24,000 nt of DNA from Corynebacterium lowii. Its GTDB lineage: Bacteria > Actinomycetota > Actinomycetes > Mycobacteriales > Mycobacteriaceae. How positions within the stretch are numbered: position 1 is the stretch's first letter; each line of letters starts with the position of its first letter. Of this stretch, positions 1 to 11,173 are shown piece by piece. Both the position numbers and the translations under genes were made by a program. Under the pieces are notes generated by a model. It worked only from the letters and a program-made list of their open reading frames with translations. It made no database searches and was not told the DNA's origin. Location of the stretch: contig NZ_LKEV01000004.1 in NCBI RefSeq assembly GCF_001412085.1, positions 193,217 through 217,216 on the forward strand, in the 5' to 3' direction.

Positions 1-4
1 CCCT

Positions 5-1105
5 ATGCCCCGCCGGAATACCTCCAAGGCCACCTTGGCCTCTATTGCTGCTGAATTGGGGGTTTCCCGCACCACTGTTTCCAATGCCTATAACCACCCC
101 GAGCAGTTATCCCCCAAGCTCAGGGCGAAGATTCTGGCCGTGGCGCGGGCCAAGGGATATAGCGGCCCCGACCCCACCGCCCGCAGCCTACGCAGCGGGC
201 ACGCCGGGGCCATCGGCGTGGTGCTCACCGAGGACCTCACCTACGCCTTTGACGATCAACCCTCCGTGGACTTCCTCGCTGGGGTGGCGGAGGCCTGCGC
301 GGATTCGGAGACCTCGCTCACCCTCATACCCGTGGGCGCCCATGCCCCGCGTCGCACGAGCCTGGTGGCCGGGGCCTCCGTGGACGGCTTCGTGGTCTAT
401 TCCGTGGCCGAGGACGACCCCGATTTACGCGCCGTGCTCGCCCGCGGTTTGCCCACCGTGATTTGCGGCCAGCCCACCACCATTGAGGACGTGCCCTTCG
501 TGGGCATCGACGACCGCCGCGCCATCCGCCCTGCCGCCCAGGCCCTCGTGGAGGCGGGGCATAGGCACGTGGGAATCCTGGCGATTCGCCTGCACCGTGA
601 CCCCGTGGACGGCTTTATCGACCAGGCCGATCTTGACCGCGCGAGCCTTCACATTCAGCGCGACCGCGTGCTCGGCGCCCTGGACGTTTTTGCCGAGGCC
701 GGGCTGGATACCGCCGCGATTCCCGTGGTGACCAGGCATATTAACGACGCCCCCCGCGCCTACCAGGCCGCGCAGCAACTGCTCGAAACCCACCCCGAAC
801 TCACCGCCGTGCTGTGTACCACCGACTCGATGGCCCACGGGGTGCTCGCCTATGCCGCCGACCACGGCCTGCGCGTGCCCGAGGACTTATCCGTGACGGG
901 CTTTGACGGCGTGGCCGCCGCCTTGGAACGCGGACTCACCACGGTGATCCAGCCCAACCGCATGAAGGGCGTGGCGGCGGGAACAGCCCTGCTCGAACAA
1001 GTGAGCACGGAGGCGAGCTGGGAACACACGGCGGGAGAACCCCAGCGAACCATCCTGAGCACGGAGTTCTATCCCGGCCGCACGGTGGCACCGCCGCGCC
1101 ACTAG
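5..1105 (+). CDS. ipsA: LacI-family transcriptional regulator (IpsA-like by synteny)
   Basis: Full ORF. It has an N-terminal HTH (TLASIAAELGVSRTTVSNAYN) typical of LacI/GalR, followed by a sugar-binding-type domain. Its position beside otsB-otsA-thrE matches the C. glutamicum cg2910 neighbourhood as I recall it. The symbol rests on synteny only. Confidence 0.8.
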   Translation: MPRRNTSKATLASIAAELGVSRTTVSNAYNHPEQLSPKLRAKILAVARAKGYSGPDPTARSLRSGHAGAIGVVLTEDLTYAFDDQPSVDFLAGVAEACADSETSLTLIPVGAHAPRRTSLVAGASVDGFVVYSVAEDDPDLRAVLARGLPTVICGQPTTIEDVPFVGIDDRRAIRPAAQALVEAGHRHVGILAIRLHRDPVDGFIDQADLDRASLHIQRDRVLGALDVFAEAGLDTAAIPVVTRHINDAPRAYQAAQQLLETHPELTAVLCTTDSMAHGVLAYAADHGLRVPEDLSVTGFDGVAAALERGLTTVIQPNRMKGVAAGTALLEQVSTEASWEHTAGEPQRTILSTEFYPGRTVAPPRH

Positions 1106-2157
1106 CCGAGGTAGGTGCGCGCCCCCAGAGCCATGGCGAGTTCCCGGCTGCGCTGAAAAATCTCCGGGCAGAGATCTTGAGCAAGAAGCCGGGCAAAGGC
1201 GCTATCCTCCCCGGCTGCCTCCACAGCCGACGCCGTGGCGGCGGTGAAGCGCGCCCACGCTTGGGAGGGGTGGGCGGCCTCGGCGGAGATGAGCGGGGCG
1301 AGCAGATCGCGGGTGTGGGCGTCCCACTGCTCCGGGGTGGCCTGCACTAACACGGCGGCCAGTTCCGCCGCCGCGAGGTGGAAGTGCTGCGCGGGGTTGA
1401 GCGTGGCGACGTCGATACGCTCGGCGCGGGCGCGCGCCAGGGCGTCGAGAAGCTCCCCGACTTCTTGAATATCGGCCACGCGGGTGTTCGCGGCGGTGTC
1501 GCCCTGGCCGACCTTGACGGAGAGATCGCCGCTGCCCATCACCTCAAAGCCGTGTTCATCGGTGGTGTCATCGCCCAGGAACACCGTGGCCTGGGGCTGC
1601 CAGCGCTCCATCTCGCCGCGCAGCCAGGTGCCCTTGGTGGCGGTGGAAACGGAAAACTCCACCACGCGCTTGCCCCAGGTCACGTGTGTGCCGCGCGGAT
1701 CGAGTTGGGAGACCTCATCGAGCAGGCCGCGCATGACCTCCTCGTCACGCACCCGAATGTAGTGGAATACCCGCTGGTAGGGCTTGTATTCCACGAAGGC
1801 CCCCTCCACTCCCTCGCAGAGGGCTTCCAGCTCGGCCGCCAGGGCGTCGAGAGCCGCGCGCTGCTCGGGGCTGAGCTCCGCCTCGTGGCGCTCCGGCTCC
1901 GCGCCGTGGGAGCCCACCCGCGCGATGGGGGGCTGCGTGGGGCATACGACGTCCAGTTGGGCGAGGTTGCGCCCGCTCAGAATCACCACGCGGGTATCCG
2001 GCATACCGGCCAGCGCTGATAGCGCCGCCACGGAGGTGCGATTAACCGGGACGTTCATGGGGTCCTCGCTGATACCGGCGAGGGTGCCATCAAAATCGCT
2101 GACGACGAGCAGGCGCGGGGCCTGGGCTGCGGAGGAGACGGTGTTGTGGAAAGACAT
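1102..2157 (-). CDS. otsB: Trehalose-6-phosphate phosphatase (HAD family) with ~100-aa C-terminal extension
   Basis: HAD motifs are present: VVSDFDGTL (motif I), ILSGR (II), K...FLGDDTTDE (III). I moved the start from the ORF-track 2406 to the ATG at 2157 (MSFHNTV...). The upstream 83 codons are Pro/Arg-rich and overlap the neighbouring lipoprotein gene. Confidence 0.85.
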   Translation of the reverse strand: MSFHNTVSSAAQAPRLLVVSDFDGTLAGISEDPMNVPVNRTSVAALSALAGMPDTRVVILSGRNLAQLDVVCPTQPPIARVGSHGAEPERHEAELSPEQRAALDALAAELEALCEGVEGAFVEYKPYQRVFHYIRVRDEEVMRGLLDEVSQLDPRGTHVTWGKRVVEFSVSTATKGTWLRGEMERWQPQATVFLGDDTTDEHGFEVMGSGDLSVKVGQGDTAANTRVADIQEVGELLDALARARAERIDVATLNPAQHFHLAAAELAAVLVQATPEQWDAHTRDLLAPLISAEAAHPSQAWARFTAATASAVEAAGEDSAFARLLAQDLCPEIFQRSRELAMALGARTYLG

Positions 2158-2173
2158 GCGCCCCACGCTACCT

Positions 2174-2671
2174 TTAGGCGGCGTTGGTGGTGAGCCGGAT
2201 GGCGGGGGCGTCCACCTCATCGGAGCGCTGCGTGAGCACCAGCTCCGCCTCCGAGGGCTGGGCGATGGTGAAGTCCCCGCGCAGCAGATCGCGCAGCGTG
2301 GCATCCGTATAGGCCGCCCCGCCCTGGCAATCCTCGCTGCGATCCTCAAAGTCCACCTGCTCAAAGGCCACGGTATCGGCGTCCTGGGCGGGGGAGGATT
2401 CCCCATCCTTGGTGAAGTTCACGATGCCCTGGATGCGGGAACACCCCGTGGAACCCGCGATGGTGCCCTCCCCGAAGGAGAACATCGCCAGGCCCGCCGC
2501 GCTGGCGGGGAGATCGCCGCTTTCTGTGGGATCGAGATACAGGCCGGTGACCTGCCAGGTGGGACCCACGACCGCGCTGTGTTCCTGGGCACAGGCAGCG
2601 AGAGCGGTCGCGGCGATGGTGGCGGCGAGGGTGGCTGCCTTTGCAGGGTGCTTCTGTCTCGTCTGCTTCAT
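2174..2671 (-). CDS. Putative lipoprotein with META-like domain
   Basis: The start is MKQTRQK at 2671. A signal peptide ends in the lipobox LAAC. The pattern TWQVTGLY ... GSTGCSRIQG ... EDC ... LVLT resembles the META/HslJ domain. The ATG overlaps the otsA stop (ATGA). Confidence 0.6.
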   Translation of the reverse strand: MKQTRQKHPAKAATLAATIAATALAACAQEHSAVVGPTWQVTGLYLDPTESGDLPASAAGLAMFSFGEGTIAGSTGCSRIQGIVNFTKDGESSPAQDADTVAFEQVDFEDRSEDCQGGAAYTDATLRDLLRGDFTIAQPSEAELVLTQRSDEVDAPAIRLTTNAA

Positions 2672-4170
2672 CGCGGCTCCGCGGTGGGGGTTGGGGTGGT
2701 TGCTTGGGTGCCGTGCTCTTGTGCGGCGGCCTCGTCTAGGCTGCTCAGGAAGGCACGTGCCCACAGGTTGACATCGTGCGTGTGTACCTGCTGGTGCATG
2801 GCCTCCATGCGGGCGCGGGTCTCCTGCGGTGTGGTGCGCAGATCGCTGGCGGCGCGGTGGATGCTGCGCTTGATCGCCTCCAAGTCAAAGGGATTGCACA
2901 GGTAGGCCTGGGGAAGTTCCTCGGCGGCCCCGGCAAACTCGCTGAGCACCAAGGCGCCGCTGCCATCGGGGTGCGCGGCCACGTACTCCTTAGCCACCAG
3001 GTTCATGCCGTCCTTAAACGGGGTGACCAGCATAATATCGGCTGCCGCATAGTAGGTGGCCAGCGTGGACTTGGGCACCGAGCGGTGCAGGTACTCCACC
3101 ACGGGTCGCCCTGGAGTGCCGTGCTGGCCGTTAATCCGGCCCACCGCCTCTTCCACCTTGGAGCGGGTGCGGCGGTAGTGCTCGATCCGCTCGCGCGAGG
3201 GCGTGGCGATCTGCAAGAACACCGTCTTGGGTGGTAGGGCACCGGCGGCCAGCAGTTCCTCGTAGGCGCGCAGGCGCTGCAAGATGCCCTTGGTGTAATC
3301 CAAGCGGTCCACGCCCAAGATGATGAGGTCGGGCTCTCCCAGGTCGCGGCGCAGCGCGGCAACCTTTTCGGGCTCGGGTTGGGGCACGGAGGCGACGTCG
3401 ATAGAGATGGGGAAGGCACCCACGCCCACCTGGCGGCCGTCGGGAGCCGTGACATGGGCGTTGATTGCGCGGGTGGCTACCTCGCCGCGAATATGCAGGG
3501 TATCCGGCTGGCCCGTGTGCGAACCGGCGGCACCGGAAACCTGCGCGGCCAGGGTGAGGAAGTTCCGCGCATTGTCCTCTAGATGGAAGCCGATCACATC
3601 GGCGCCCAGCAGCCCGCGCACCACCTCTTCGCGCCAGGGCAATTGACGGAAAAGATCGGGGCTGGGGAAAGGAATGTGGAGGAAGAAACCGATGGTGAGG
3701 TCCGGGCGCATCTGGCGCAAAATACCGGGTACCAGCTGCAATTGATAATCCTGCACCCACACGGTAGCGCCCTCGGCAGCCACGTGCGCCACGGCCTCCG
3801 CGAACTTGAGGTTCACCTCCCTATAGGCGGCCCACCACTCGCGGTGGAACTCCGGGGTAACGATGAGATCGTGATACAGGGGCCACAGGGTTGCATTAGA
3901 AAAGCCCTCGTAGAAGTCCCGATAATCCTCGGCGGAAAGCGTGACCGGGTAGAGCAGCACTCCCTCATCGGTGCGGAAGGGCTCGGGGGCCTCGTCAATC
4001 ACCCCAGGCCAGCCCACCCAGCAGCCCTGCTGGCTCTCTAGCACCGGGGAGAGGGCCGCCACCAGACCGCCGGGGCTGGGAACCCAGCGCGGCGAGCCGT
4101 CCTCCGCCCGCTGCATATCCACCGGCAGGCGGTTAGCCACCACCACAAAATTATTGTTGCTTTCACCCAT
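2668..4170 (-). CDS. otsA: Alpha,alpha-trehalose-phosphate synthase (GT20)
   Basis: 500-aa ORF. The N-terminus FVVVANRLPV and the blocks GFFLHIPFP, LGVDRLDYTKGI and PFKDGMNLVAKEY are classic OtsA/GT20 signatures. Confidence 0.95.
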   Translation of the reverse strand: MGESNNNFVVVANRLPVDMQRAEDGSPRWVPSPGGLVAALSPVLESQQGCWVGWPGVIDEAPEPFRTDEGVLLYPVTLSAEDYRDFYEGFSNATLWPLYHDLIVTPEFHREWWAAYREVNLKFAEAVAHVAAEGATVWVQDYQLQLVPGILRQMRPDLTIGFFLHIPFPSPDLFRQLPWREEVVRGLLGADVIGFHLEDNARNFLTLAAQVSGAAGSHTGQPDTLHIRGEVATRAINAHVTAPDGRQVGVGAFPISIDVASVPQPEPEKVAALRRDLGEPDLIILGVDRLDYTKGILQRLRAYEELLAAGALPPKTVFLQIATPSRERIEHYRRTRSKVEEAVGRINGQHGTPGRPVVEYLHRSVPKSTLATYYAAADIMLVTPFKDGMNLVAKEYVAAHPDGSGALVLSEFAGAAEELPQAYLCNPFDLEAIKRSIHRAASDLRTTPQETRARMEAMHQQVHTHDVNLWARAFLSSLDEAAAQEHGTQATTPTPTAEPR

Positions 4171-4233
4171 GCGTTTAAGGCTAGTCGCTTTTGCTCAGCC
4201 CCGCCCTATGAGGTGGCGGCTTCGATGAACCTC

Positions 4234-4614
4234 TTAGGAGGTTTTCTTTGCCGTCTTTTTTGCGGTGGTCTTTTTGGTGGACTTCTTAGCTGTGGTTTTC
4301 TTTGTGGTCTTTTTGGTTGTCTTTTTTGTAGTTTTTTTGGTGCTCTTCTTAGCCGCAGTCTTTTTGGTGGTTTTCTTCGTGGACTTGCGGGTGCGCTTGG
4401 TGGCCTTCTTCGGCTCCGGCTCCTTGTACTCCTCCGCGAACTTGCGGTGCACCAACCCCGCGGGCTCCACGCCCAGCATGGACATCAGCGTCACGCCGTC
4501 AAGCATATTTTCGGCATAACTCGCCACAATGCGGCGGGCGGCAGCGGCCGTCTCCTCCTCGACCCGGTGCAGGGTCTCGGCGCTTGGGCGGGTGTCAGTA
4601 ACCTTGGGCGGCAC
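4234..4614 (-). CDS. Small protein with Lys/Thr-rich histone-H1-like C-terminal tail
   Basis: GTG start at 4614 lies 5 nt after an AGGAGG. A ~70-aa N-terminal domain is followed by ~55 aa of KKTT/KKST repeats. No family is recognised for the N-terminal domain. Confidence 0.65.
   Translation of the reverse strand: MPPKVTDTRPSAETLHRVEEETAAAARRIVASYAENMLDGVTLMSMLGVEPAGLVHRKFAEEYKEPEPKKATKRTRKSTKKTTKKTAAKKSTKKTTKKTTKKTTKKTTAKKSTKKTTAKKTAKKTS
4237..4400 (-). repeat. Degenerate in-frame 12-15 nt coding repeats (KKTTKK units)
   Basis: Repeated ggtctttttggt / gtcttttttg-type units are visible on the plus strand. They correspond to the Lys-rich tail. Confidence 0.6.
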
Positions 4615-4716
4615 GAATCCTCCTGGTGCGTGGGGCTAAATACTCAGGCACATCATTCTACGCTATGGGCGGGGCACGTGCCCTTATCGGTGTTTGCCGG
4701 GGCTTATCGACGCCAC

Positions 4717-6198
4717 TTAGCGACGCCGCGCGCCCCGGCGTCGCAACTGTTGCCGGGCCTGCTGAGCCTGTTGGAGCGTGGCCCGGCCTGCGACCTTGAA
4801 CCCGCGATAGGGGTTGAAGCGTTGCGGACGGCGCACGCGCCGCGCGATCCATTCACCAAACACCACGCCCGCTGCCAGACCACAGGAGATAGCCAGCGCC
4901 GTGGCGATATTGGTGAAGCCCACCAGCATTTGCTCATTCAAGGCGGCGTACATACCGCGATATACCGCCAGGCCAGGCAGCATGGGCGTAATACCGGCAA
5001 TCGCGATAATCAGCGGCGGCACCTGGAAACGGCGTGCCAGAAGGCCACCGGCAAAGCCGATAATCACGGCGGCCATCGAGCCGGCCATCACCGTGGAAAC
5101 GCCCATCGGCACGAAAAGGAAGTAATAGAACACCGAACCCGTCATGGCGGTAATGCCGGAAAGCAATACCGCCGACCACTCCGCATAACAGGCAATGGCA
5201 AACCCCACGGAGGCCGCCGTACCCGCGAGAACCCTCACCCCCGGCGAGGCCGGATTAGGGGCAGCCACCGATTCCATCGGTGGCAAAGAAATACCCACGT
5301 AGGAGGATAATTGCAGGCCAATAGCCACGCCCGCCACGATGGCGCCAGTGAAAAGGAGGGTTTCAAAGAAGTGCGCGCTGGCCGTCACCGGGGCGCCGGT
5401 AATGCCGTCTTGGAGAGATTGCACGAGCGTTAAACCGGCCAGCATCACGATAATTCCCGAGGCCACAATCTGGCTGGGCCGCAATTCCACCCCAAACTCC
5501 GCCGCTGCGGCGTAGGAAAGAGCCGCGGGAATAGTGGCCATAACGCCGCCAATGACGTTTTGGAAAAACACCGGTAGGTGGTGCTTGGTCAAAAAAAGGC
5601 TCATCGACATGATGACGATGGAGGTGATAAAGGAGATAACACCCACCAGCGGAGTACCGCCCAGCAGCATCGACACCGCGCCACCCATGAGGCCCCAACC
5701 AAAGATCGAGGTCGCCGGGCCATAAGCCGTGGGCTGGGCCTCGATTTCATCGAGAATCCGCTCCGCGACGTCGGGAGGCGTAGCACCCGCCTGAATGGAA
5801 CGGATCAGCCGGTCCACCGCCGAGAGCTTGGAAAAGTCCGTGGTCAGCGTGCGCACCACGCGAAACACCGTCACCGGAGACTTCCTGGTGGTGCCGATGT
5901 GCGTGGAAACGGTGATGTTATTCATCGTGATGTCCACGTGGCACCACCACAGGCCATAAGCCGAGGTCACCGCGTGCATCTGCGCCTTGGTATCGCTATT
6001 CGACGTCCCGGAGGACAACAAAATATCCCCAATGCGGGCGGCAAGGTCCATCACGCCCGCCACCTGGTTATAGTCCGTGAGATCCACGGGGGCCAGGGGG
6101 GAGGGCGGGGGAGCGGCCTTGGCGGTATCAATCGTGGCTGCGTGCGGGGACTGATTGCGCCAGTTGCTCAGACGTTCGCGGATATTTGGCACGCTCAC
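4717..6198 (-). CDS. thrE: Threonine/serine exporter ThrE family membrane protein
   Basis: GTG start at 6198. The N-terminal stretch AKAAPPPSPLAPVDLTDYNQVAGVMDLAARIGDILLSSGTSNSDTK and the ~10-TM body match my recollection of C. glutamicum ThrE. Synteny with otsA agrees. Confidence 0.85.
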   Translation of the reverse strand: MSVPNIRERLSNWRNQSPHAATIDTAKAAPPPSPLAPVDLTDYNQVAGVMDLAARIGDILLSSGTSNSDTKAQMHAVTSAYGLWWCHVDITMNNITVSTHIGTTRKSPVTVFRVVRTLTTDFSKLSAVDRLIRSIQAGATPPDVAERILDEIEAQPTAYGPATSIFGWGLMGGAVSMLLGGTPLVGVISFITSIVIMSMSLFLTKHHLPVFFQNVIGGVMATIPAALSYAAAAEFGVELRPSQIVASGIIVMLAGLTLVQSLQDGITGAPVTASAHFFETLLFTGAIVAGVAIGLQLSSYVGISLPPMESVAAPNPASPGVRVLAGTAASVGFAIACYAEWSAVLLSGITAMTGSVFYYFLFVPMGVSTVMAGSMAAVIIGFAGGLLARRFQVPPLIIAIAGITPMLPGLAVYRGMYAALNEQMLVGFTNIATALAISCGLAAGVVFGEWIARRVRRPQRFNPYRGFKVAGRATLQQAQQARQQLRRRGARRR

Positions 6199-6422
6199 AC
6201 AACCTTTCTGGGCTCACGGGTGGTTCATGGGTGCTAGGTGCTTGCAGAGCGTGGTGGTGAGACCAGTGCGCAAGCGACGGTGGAAGAAACTTTAGCGGGG
6301 CACCGGGGCGGCTGCATAGGGGCAGGTGAGATGGGTAAAAGGGGTGTGGGTAGAGAGGTGGACTCGGCTATCCTGTACCATCTTCCACAACGCTGTTGCC
6401 GAGAGTGCTCGGCGGTGTTGTT

Positions 6423-6498
6423 GCTGGAGTGGCGCAATTGGTAGCGCAACGGTCTTGTAAACCGTAGGTTGCGAGTTCAAGTCTCGTCTCCAGCTCCA
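6423..6498 (+). tRNA. tRNA-Thr (anticodon UGU), CCA encoded
   Basis: Hand-folded cloverleaf. Acceptor GCTGGAG pairs with CTCCAGC, D stem GCGC/GCGC, anticodon stem ACGGT/ACCGT with loop CTTGTAA (TGT). T stem is GCGAG/CTCGT with loop TTCAAGT, then discriminator T and CCA. Confidence 0.9.
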
Positions 6499-6530
6499 AG
6501 GGGGAAGCCAGGGGAGCTGAGGGGGAAATT

Positions 6531-7427
6531 ATGCCTGGTAGTAGAAAAACATTGGGGGAGAACGTTGTAGTTGAAGAGCCGACATGGCTTAGGTGGATTG
6601 CGTCATGTCCACAGGCACTTCCTCCACTGCTGATGAGTTTGGCGGCTATTCCGGGTGCCTTTATTCGTGAAACTGATGGGCACCTTGATTGGTGGTGGCT
6701 GGCGCTAACGGGGCTGATGATAATTACAGGTGGAACTCTCACGGCTATGAGAATGGGGCGTGAAGAGAAAGTGCAGAAGAAAATGGATGAGGAAACTCGA
6801 AGGCGCCTCATGGAAGAAGGGGAAACGTATGAGTTCTATCTAGAGCAAATAGGTGTTGCGATATATCTACTGGTTAATGGTCTCATGGCGACCACTCCAT
6901 CATCTTTGAAGGTGCAGATGGAGATTGTACGTAAGTCTATTCTTGGCTTGATTCGGAGTTATCTTGGCCCGGAGACGGTAGGGGTGCGAGCCAACCTCTT
7001 TATCGTCGATCGCGTGGACCCTCCGCGCCTTGTGGCCTGGGGATGGGGCCATGAAGGTGGTAGTGGAACCCCGTCGCGGAGAGTATTTGAGCCGGGGGAT
7101 AAGACCTTTGACTTAGCCCTTCGGAAGTATGAACGATATGAACCCGATACCGCCCACTTGCCGATGGCGGAGCGCTCTCATCGGGGATATGGTTCGTTCG
7201 CTACATATCCAGTTTCAAGTAATGATAAATTGTTTGGAATCGTGACGATAGACGCGCCGCGCGCTAATGATATTCAACCATTAGACGTGGTTCTTCTGGG
7301 ATACTATGCGGGAATGTTGGCAATTACTTTTTCTGTTGTGAAAGATACACCTGCAATAGATCGCAGGTTGGGGTGTATGATGTGGGGCACTGGTCGTGAC
7401 GCAGAGGAGGGCAACGGCAATGCGTAA
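6531..7427 (+). CDS. Membrane protein with C-terminal GAF-like domain
   Basis: ATG follows a GAGGGGG SD, 33 nt after the tRNA. Hydrophobic segments are WWWLALTGLMIITGGTLTAM and IGVAIYLLVNGLMA. The C-terminal pattern VRANLFIVD ... GYGSFATYPVSSNDKLFGIVTIDAP ... LLGYYAGMLAITFS resembles GAF. GC is lower than in the flanks. Confidence 0.6.
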   Translation: MPGSRKTLGENVVVEEPTWLRWIASCPQALPPLLMSLAAIPGAFIRETDGHLDWWWLALTGLMIITGGTLTAMRMGREEKVQKKMDEETRRRLMEEGETYEFYLEQIGVAIYLLVNGLMATTPSSLKVQMEIVRKSILGLIRSYLGPETVGVRANLFIVDRVDPPRLVAWGWGHEGGSGTPSRRVFEPGDKTFDLALRKYERYEPDTAHLPMAERSHRGYGSFATYPVSSNDKLFGIVTIDAPRANDIQPLDVVLLGYYAGMLAITFSVVKDTPAIDRRLGCMMWGTGRDAEEGNGNA

Positions 7428-7581
7428 ACGCTATAGGGGAACGGACGCGCTGTACACGGAGAAGGTGCTTCTGCTTCAGGCAGACCCGGAACGATACTTC
7501 AGGGAAAATCCCAAACCGCAGTCAGGGTCTAGGGGTGCCCATTGGTTCTACAAGGAGGAAAGCTCCGAGGTGAGCCGATAG
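7420..7581 (+). CDS. Small basic hypothetical protein (53 aa)
   Basis: The ATG at 7420 overlaps the upstream stop (ATGcgTAA) and is preceded by GAGGAGGG. The stop lies in the loop of the hairpin at 7569-7596. No homology is recognised. Confidence 0.35.
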   Translation: MRKRYRGTDALYTEKVLLLQADPERYFRENPKPQSGSRGAHWFYKEESSEVSR

Positions 7582-7596
7582 TCCCGGTGGCTCACC
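7569..7596. terminator. Hairpin between convergent genes (possible bidirectional terminator)
   Basis: GGTGAGCC (7569-7576) and GGCTCACC (7589-7596) are a perfect 8-bp inverted repeat with a 12-nt loop. No U-tract follows on either strand. Confidence 0.4.
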
Positions 7597-7599
7597 CCG

Positions 7600-8481
7600 C
7601 TAAGTCGCCTTCACTACCCACTCATACAGCCCCTCCCACAGGTCCTTGCTCTTGCTCCTAAAGAAGCCCATGTGCCCAATCTCCTTGGCTCCAATAGAAG
7701 CCGGGCTAATATCCCGCTTTTCCACGCTGGCTCCGGTGAGGCGACGCAGCAGAACGTCGGAGGCCTCCCTGGTGGCCCAGGGGTCGTCGTTCAGCACAAT
7801 AGAGAGCACGGGCGCGGTGACCTTGGCAAAGCGCTGGGGGAGCGGGGTGCCTTGGTCGGGGAAGTTCGGATCGTCGAAGAAGTATTGGGGCATGCGCGTC
7901 CAGTGTCGCCATTGGAGCATGATGCCGGCGGGTACGGGCTTGCCCATGCCGATCTTGTCCACGGGAACGTAACCCAAGAAGCGGGCCGTGAGCGGGGTAA
8001 AGACGTTGAATACGAACCCCACTTTGAGTCGTTCTGGGAGGGGCGGAATGAGCCGCGTAATTCCGGCGTGGCTGGCCACGAGTGCGATGGCGTCTACGGG
8101 CTCGTCCTGGAAGGAAACGAGCTGGCCGTGTCCGCCCACGGAGTGTCCAATGGCGACGATTTTGCGGTCGGGGTAGCGTGAGCGCAGGAAACGGTTGGCG
8201 GCGGGGACGTCGCAAAGCATCCAGTCGCTCATGCCGATGTTTTTATCTTTGTAGTCGCTGGGCAGGGCGGATTCGTTGGTGCCGCGATAGTCGTAGGTGA
8301 GCACGGGGATTCCGTGGTCAGCGAGGTATTGTGCGCAGGCGGCGTAGAGGCCCTTGTGGACGCCGGTGGCGGGGTGAATGACTACGGCGGGCAGTGTAGT
8401 GTCCTCGTGTTCGGGGAGGAAGAGTTGGGCACTGAGTTCGCGGTTGTCTGAGGTTGGGATGGAAGCGCGCATGGCCTGCAT
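7600..8481 (-). CDS. Alpha/beta-fold hydrolase
   Basis: Nucleophile elbow GHSVGG is present, with an overall alpha/beta hydrolase pattern (VVIHPATGV ... YDYRG). The start is uncertain: ATG at 8481 or 8472 is preferred over the GTG at 8526. Confidence 0.75.
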   Translation of the reverse strand: MQAMRASIPTSDNRELSAQLFLPEHEDTTLPAVVIHPATGVHKGLYAACAQYLADHGIPVLTYDYRGTNESALPSDYKDKNIGMSDWMLCDVPAANRFLRSRYPDRKIVAIGHSVGGHGQLVSFQDEPVDAIALVASHAGITRLIPPLPERLKVGFVFNVFTPLTARFLGYVPVDKIGMGKPVPAGIMLQWRHWTRMPQYFFDDPNFPDQGTPLPQRFAKVTAPVLSIVLNDDPWATREASDVLLRRLTGASVEKRDISPASIGAKEIGHMGFFRSKSKDLWEGLYEWVVKAT

Positions 8482-8540
8482 GTTATCAGAATCACTAAAT
8501 ATGGGAGAGAGTTTCGCCCAGCACACTGGGGATGTACTAG

Positions 8541-11165
<2,625 letters not shown>

Positions 11166-11173
<8 letters not shown>

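Noticed and set aside
1784-2905. 373-aa plus-strand ORF
   Set aside because: It spans three well-supported minus-strand genes (otsB, lipoprotein, otsA 3' end) in antisense. It has no SD and a shadow-frame composition.
4213-5310. 365-aa plus-strand ORF
   Set aside because: It is antisense to the Lys-rich gene and thrE. The N-terminal Phe/Leu/Gly repeats are simply the complement of the Lys codon repeats.
5578-6237. 219-aa plus-strand ORF
   Set aside because: It is antisense to thrE and has an Arg/His/Gly-rich shadow-frame composition.
7560-7570. AGCTCCGAGG resembling the tRNA-Thr 3' end AGCTCCAAGG (6492-6501) as a possible att direct repeat bounding the islet
   Set aside because: It is only ~10 nt with one mismatch, which is easily chance. 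No integrase or longer repeat supports it, so I note it only as a weak hint.
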